Positions 59,806 to 64,000 of a DNA stretch of 64,000 nt are shown here, one piece after another (within the stretch, counting starts at the first letter, position 1; each line of letters starts with the position of its first letter). This DNA is from Arenicellales bacterium (GTDB taxonomy: Bacteria > Pseudomonadota > Gammaproteobacteria > Arenicellales > JAJDZL01), in the NCBI GenBank assembly GCA_965262855.1, contig OZ253563.1, positions 278,228 to 342,227 of the forward strand. The letters are read 5' to 3'. The position numbers were made by a program, and so were the translations under genes. The notes under the pieces are model-generated. The model did not search any database. It had not been told where the DNA came from and saw nothing but the letters and a program-made list of their open reading frames with translations.

Positions 59806-60981
59806 TCAGGCTGCTCGCAGTAGTTCGTCAACGTCCGGACATTCCTCAATGTCCACATACCTTGTGGACGTCTTTACTTGGGCGTGGAACGCCTTACTGT
59901 TCGCGGTCGTTTTTATAATCGCGACCAGCTTCTCAGCGACATCCAGCTTCAGATGGTAGTGAGCGCGGGCGGGCGGGGCGCGCCAGCCATAATCGTGCTC
60001 ACGGCTTTCTGCCAGTAGGCTTCGTTGCAACTGGTTCAAGCTGTTTCCGAGGGTGTCCAATCTTAGCTCGATAACGAGCTGATCGTTTTCGTCTCGGTTG
60101 TCCGCCGGGCAGTATAGACTTAGCGGCATTTCCAGGAAGTTTTCCTTGGAGGATGGCGCGAGTACTGTTGGCGGTAATGACATCAGCGGAACAGGATTAG
60201 GATCGTAATTCATGAATACGAATTCGACTCCGGCCTCTGCAAGTGCCTGATGCACTGTCGCCAAGTTTGCGGCGGTTACCTTGCGTAGCAGGTTCGCGTC
60301 CTCGCGCTGCTGAATGTAGTCGTTCGCGCGACGATCGCACCCACTGACACCGAGAAACTCGTATATCTGCCGCTCCGTTTTAGGATCGGGACATCTGTTG
60401 TCCGTCGTTTTGATCTGGCTGATTAGGATCGGATGATATGGATCGTCCGATCGATGGAGTTCAACTGTCCAGCGTGTATGGTTTACAAAAACGCAAGCAA
60501 ACGCACATTGGCCGCGAACGACTTTGTTGTGATAGCTGGCAACGCAGTGTCGCTGATGCCAGCCTACTACCGCTAGCCGGCGACTGTTACGAATAATGTA
60601 TCCCGGAAAGTCCGGCAACAACTTATAGTAGTCCGCAATATCATAGTACACATTCTTTTCGCTAAGTCGTCGTAGCGTTTCGGCTTTTGCTAACCGGTCG
60701 TGTTCCTCTCGCCAGCGGCGAGGGGTCCAGTCCAGTCGGATTCGGCCGCCATGTTGTTTTACCATCGACACCGTATCGGCAACTGGTATTCCTTGCGCCT
60801 GCATACCCATTGCGCTGGCCGCAAAGCCGACGAGTGTCTGGTGATTGCCGGTTAGGTCACCGGCGTCTAGGACGGTTTTAATGTCCTTTTCTCTCATCTG
60901 GCCGATCTTGGCCAAATGTCTGAGCGGCTGCGCGACCTTCGGGGGAAGCGCCGCGAGCCGGCTTTCTATAGATTTTTTCAT
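59806..60981 (-). CDS. Hypothetical protein, possibly PcfJ-like
   Basis: GGAG lies 7 nt before the ATG. The central HQRHCVASYHNKVVRGQCAFACVFV...WTVEL resembles the PcfJ-like HCV..Y motif. Weak by-eye call. Confidence 0.4.
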   Translation of the reverse strand: MKKSIESRLAALPPKVAQPLRHLAKIGQMREKDIKTVLDAGDLTGNHQTLVGFAASAMGMQAQGIPVADTVSMVKQHGGRIRLDWTPRRWREEHDRLAKAETLRRLSEKNVYYDIADYYKLLPDFPGYIIRNSRRLAVVGWHQRHCVASYHNKVVRGQCAFACVFVNHTRWTVELHRSDDPYHPILISQIKTTDNRCPDPKTERQIYEFLGVSGCDRRANDYIQQREDANLLRKVTAANLATVHQALAEAGVEFVFMNYDPNPVPLMSLPPTVLAPSSKENFLEMPLSLYCPADNRDENDQLVIELRLDTLGNSLNQLQRSLLAESREHDYGWRAPPARAHYHLKLDVAEKLVAIIKTTANSKAFHAQVKTSTRYVDIEECPDVDELLRAA

Positions 60982-61062
60982 GAGAATCTCCGAAAAAAAA
61001 GCCGGAGATTCCCAGCCCCCACCTGGGGATCGAAATCCCCGCGGGGTGGAAAATTGACTGGT

Positions 61063-61386
61063 TTAGCGCCAGCAGTTCCGGTCTTTCGGCCGGAACCAGC
61101 GGTCACTGGATTCGTCATATTCAAAGCTGTTCTCAATCAAGAAGAACAGCATTTTTCGAAAACTGCCTGTATCGTAACGGTCGAGGTAAACCCCTTCCGC
61201 TCCAAAATACTGCAGGTGAACCTCCTCGTCTACGAGGGGTTCAGGTTTGACCCAACAGTCACAGACTGGGTCAAACCAAAATCCGGCTTCCTGTACGGAC
61301 GCCAGTTTTTCTTGATAACCGTCATCGTCTTCTGACAGTCTGATTATAGCGAGTTCCGTGAGTTCCATATCTAGATTAATTCTCAT
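61063..61386 (-). CDS. Hypothetical protein
   Basis: Start placed at the ATG at 61386, preceded by AGGAGA. 107 aa, acidic. No family recognised. Confidence 0.4.
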   Translation of the reverse strand: MRINLDMELTELAIIRLSEDDDGYQEKLASVQEAGFWFDPVCDCWVKPEPLVDEEVHLQYFGAEGVYLDRYDTGSFRKMLFFLIENSFEYDESSDRWFRPKDRNCWR

Positions 61387-61394
61387 TTTTTCTC

Positions 61395-61697
61395 CTAAAG
61401 GAATACGGGAGAACGCGCTACCCATGACGGGAAGCGTGTTCCCGTACGGGTTGTTTTTTCGGTGCTGAAGTACCGGTAGGATTCGCTAGCAGATGTTGAC
61501 TGTGTCAGTATCTGAAGAGCGTTTTCGCAATTTGGCACCTTGGTGCCTTCCTTACGCGCCTCGCTGATGATCCAAGTTAAAGCTTGTTTGTCATACAGCT
61601 GGGAGTAGCCGTCTGTCCCCTTAAGGACTGCGTAGAGACAGCCTTCATCGACGATGAAACCTGTCATTTCCGCTTGGCTGGTTAGGTTGAAGTTCAT
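61395..61697 (-). CDS. Hypothetical protein
   Basis: Strong GGAGGAAAC-ATG ribosome-binding site. 100 aa. No family recognised. Confidence 0.4.
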   Translation of the reverse strand: MNFNLTSQAEMTGFIVDEGCLYAVLKGTDGYSQLYDKQALTWIISEARKEGTKVPNCENALQILTQSTSASESYRYFSTEKTTRTGTRFPSWVARSPVFL

Positions 61698-62049
61698 GTT
61701 TCCTCCGTAATTTGTTATTCGGGGACAACATGCCCTGCGTGGGAATATTTCTCCCCGCAGGAATTAGTGAAATGGCAGTGTTTCTGCCTACTATTTAATG
61801 CCGCACTGAGCGACGATTCCGATGGGTCGCTGGGACCCTGCACACCTGGTTACGGATTGGTGTGACTGAATGTAAAGGCCATTATCCGGAGAGAGGAGGG
61901 GTTGGTGAAGTGGTTGTCCTGTAGCGATTTGTGCAGGGATAAAGGAAGAGGAAAGGTTGTGTATTTTTGTTCTGGAGAAAGGAGAGTTATGTCAGTACAT
62001 GTATTTATAAATTAACGATGTTCATTCAATTTTTTTTAGGAGGCAAGAA

Positions 62050-63057
62050 ATGAGTAATTTGTTTGTTAACGCGATTCAGTCCATTCAGCTTGGTGTGGAG
62101 GATTATCAGAACGACGATCCAAAACGTGCTGTTTCGGCTATCAGGAATTTCTATGCTGGCGTGCTCTTACTCGCCAAAGAAGTCCTTATTCGCCGAGTAT
62201 CGGTGACAAATCCTTATGAGGTACTCGGCGTAAGTTATAAACCCATTCCCAAAGGCGCAACCGGCATTTCTTATGTGTCGGATTCTTCACGGACTATCGA
62301 CATTGAAACAATCAGTGATCGGTTTAATGATTTCGGGTTGAAATTTAATATTACCGAGATGAGGGCGCTCAGAAAGATTCGGAACGATCTTGAACATTTG
62401 TATAGTAACGAACCGCATAAGGTTGTACGTGAGGCAATTGGCAGGGCTTTTCAAGTTGTCGTAGAGCTTTTCAGGTTGATCGGTGAAGAACCGGCTAATT
62501 GGTTGCAGGATAGTTGGATAGTGATGCTTGAGGTACGAGATATTTATGAAAGCGAGCTTGATTTCTGTCGCAAGACTTTTGATGAAGTTGAGTGGCCTTC
62601 AGGATATTTGATCAATGCTCAGATTAGTTGTACAGAATGCGATTCCGATCTCGTTGAGCAGGTCGATCGGAAGAACAAATGCTATCAGAGTCTGCGTTGT
62701 CGCTGCAGGAGATGTGGCAATAGAATTTCACCTAACGAAGCAATGGCATCAGCGCTTGAGTCCCGCCTTTATTCTGAAATATATATCGCCATGACCGATG
62801 GAGGTGAGTCGCCGGTTCAGACATGCCCCGGATGCGGATCTAAAACCTATCTACTCACAGTAGAAGAAGTCGGGTGCGTTTGGTGTGAACTTGTGTTAGG
62901 AGAATGTGTTCGGTGCGGGAACAGTCTTATTCCTGATGATACTCCGTTTGAAGACATTCGTTTTGTGGCTATTGTTTTCATCAAGTGTCGAAGGACGATT
63001 AGTAAATTAATTTACGAAATTCCGTGTGATACACACTATCCAATTCTGTTTCACTGA
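62050..63057 (+). CDS. Candidate HEPN-domain protein with C-terminal CxxC zinc-ribbon modules
   Basis: AGGAGG ribosome-binding site. Helical N-terminal ~150 aa with RNDLEH (Rx4H) at 62380-62397. CTEC...CRCRRCG and CPGCG...CVWC...CVRCG motifs. The 3' end is probably frameshifted (alternative stop at 63000-63002). Confidence 0.5.
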   Translation: MSNLFVNAIQSIQLGVEDYQNDDPKRAVSAIRNFYAGVLLLAKEVLIRRVSVTNPYEVLGVSYKPIPKGATGISYVSDSSRTIDIETISDRFNDFGLKFNITEMRALRKIRNDLEHLYSNEPHKVVREAIGRAFQVVVELFRLIGEEPANWLQDSWIVMLEVRDIYESELDFCRKTFDEVEWPSGYLINAQISCTECDSDLVEQVDRKNKCYQSLRCRCRRCGNRISPNEAMASALESRLYSEIYIAMTDGGESPVQTCPGCGSKTYLLTVEEVGCVWCELVLGECVRCGNSLIPDDTPFEDIRFVAIVFIKCRRTISKLIYEIPCDTHYPILFH

Positions 63058-63133
63058 CGGTCGGCAACCTATCAAATAAACCTGACTTACACTGTCTGAA
63101 TACGTGTATTGATTCAATGGTGGCCAAGAAAAG

Positions 63134-63160
63134 AAAAAGGAGGCTAAAAGCCTCCTTTTT
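63134..63160. terminator. Bidirectional rho-independent terminator
   Basis: AAAAAGGAGGCT - AAA - AGCCTCCTTTTT: a perfect 12-bp stem with A/T runs on both sides. Confidence 0.5.
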
Positions 63161-63178
63161 CACCAACAGGTGGGGGAT

Positions 63179-63316
63179 TCATATTCCCAGGTTCTCCTTT
63201 ATCAGAGCAATATCATTTCGAGTTTCTTTAAACTGTAAATTCATTTCTTCTCGAAGGCTACTGAATTCGGATACTGTCCAGAAGAATGACGCAGCCATGA
63301 GTGCAATCAGGGTCAT
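63179..63316 (-). CDS. Possible 45-aa small membrane protein
   Basis: MTLIALMAASFFWTVSEFSSLREEMNLQFKETRNDIALIKENLGI ends 18 nt before the 63134-63160 terminator. Below the ORF-track size cutoff and found by manual translation. Confidence 0.25.
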   Translation of the reverse strand: MTLIALMAASFFWTVSEFSSLREEMNLQFKETRNDIALIKENLGI

Positions 63317-64000
63317 GGAAATAGACCCGATCCAAAAATTTATTGACAATATTATTTTTTAAATTTTGCCTTGATGCCGCATCTTCTCTTTCAAGCGATT
63401 GAACCGCCTGTCGTTTTCGAGCTCTCGCTCATTAAATGTGATGTCTTCCATCGTTTTTTACCAAGAATATTCCAGGGCATCACATTCCGCCTCTAGGGAT
63501 GTAGACATCCCCGGAGGGTTTTTAATGTTGCCAGGCAGGGTAACTGCCCGACGGTCTGTACCGGTCGTTTCCGCCGGCTTTCCCGGAACCCCCTGAAGGG
63601 CTCGCACAGTTGGGTACGGGTGAACCGCGACTTGGTTGAAACTCCATAATAGCAGATCGCATCACCTACTGCAATTTCACCGGATAGTTTCCCGTTGCGC
63701 CATTTCAACGACGAAGACATACAATAGTAACAATATCTTCAGGAGAATTTCGCAACTAGATAGAAAGTGGATGTTTCAAAAATTAATTAGAGGAAATGTG
63801 GCACCTGATCTCCGGAAAACATCGGGGCTGCTCGGAGATTGTATATCGATGTCGTGGATATCAACACCGCAGACATTTCATCAGTTGTATCCTCATACCT
63901 AAGTCCAGAATACCAAGCATGCGAACATCTTTGACGCCAACACCATACCTTTGGTTGTGGCGCCCGGATGGGTAAATTCAGGGTTAGTTTAACCATGCAA

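Noticed and set aside
63117-63362. 81-aa plus-strand ORF
   Set aside because: It begins inside a bidirectional terminator hairpin, has a low-complexity sequence, and the opposite strand holds more plausible small ORFs.

Overview
This 64-kb window looks like a moderately AT-rich gammaproteobacterial-type chromosome segment. The housekeeping backbone is thiL-pgpA; recA-recX-alaS-lysC-csrA-tRNA-Ser-tRNA-Arg; rnr-rlmB; nth/rnfB-like/metG opposite apbC-dcd; aroC; and leuB-asd-fimV-like. Five accessory blocks interrupt it. (1) 12.9-20.8 kb holds two full-length squalene/phytoene-synthase-family paralogs bracketing ispH. Next to them are an RND (COG1033-type) exporter, a LolA-like protein and a DUF2236/MpaB-family oxygenase-like gene. 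(2) 21.0-30.1 kb is an IS hotspot with an IS1182-like remnant and an IS4-family element that has a 9-bp target duplication. It also carries a GC-rich DUF4338::ISAs1-type element and two apparently identical IS1380-family copies in inverted orientation. These IS elements have destroyed a second copy of the RND/LolA-like operon. (3) 31.7-35.1 kb is a bufferin-type RiPP operon (DUF2282 precursor, DUF692/MNIO, DUF2063, DoxX), followed 7 nt later by an ArsS-family radical SAM/Cys-rich gene. (4) 46.4-58.7 kb is a visibly GC-richer defence island: res, a DUF1016 nuclease, mod, an OLD-family ATPase-Toprim and a UvrD-like helicase. The five genes share one strand, three junctions are start/stop overlaps, and the island lies between two directly repeated IS1595-family remnants. 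(5) 58.6-64.0 kb is an integrase-associated element with orphan genes, including a candidate HEPN (RNxxxH) protein with several CxxC zinc-ribbon motifs. No CRISPR array or rRNA was seen. All family calls rest on motifs read by eye from the translations, with no searches run. The leads I rank highest are the rSAM-extended bufferin operon, the five-gene RM/OLD/UvrD array, the HEPN-zinc-ribbon orphan and the twin-synthase lipid locus.
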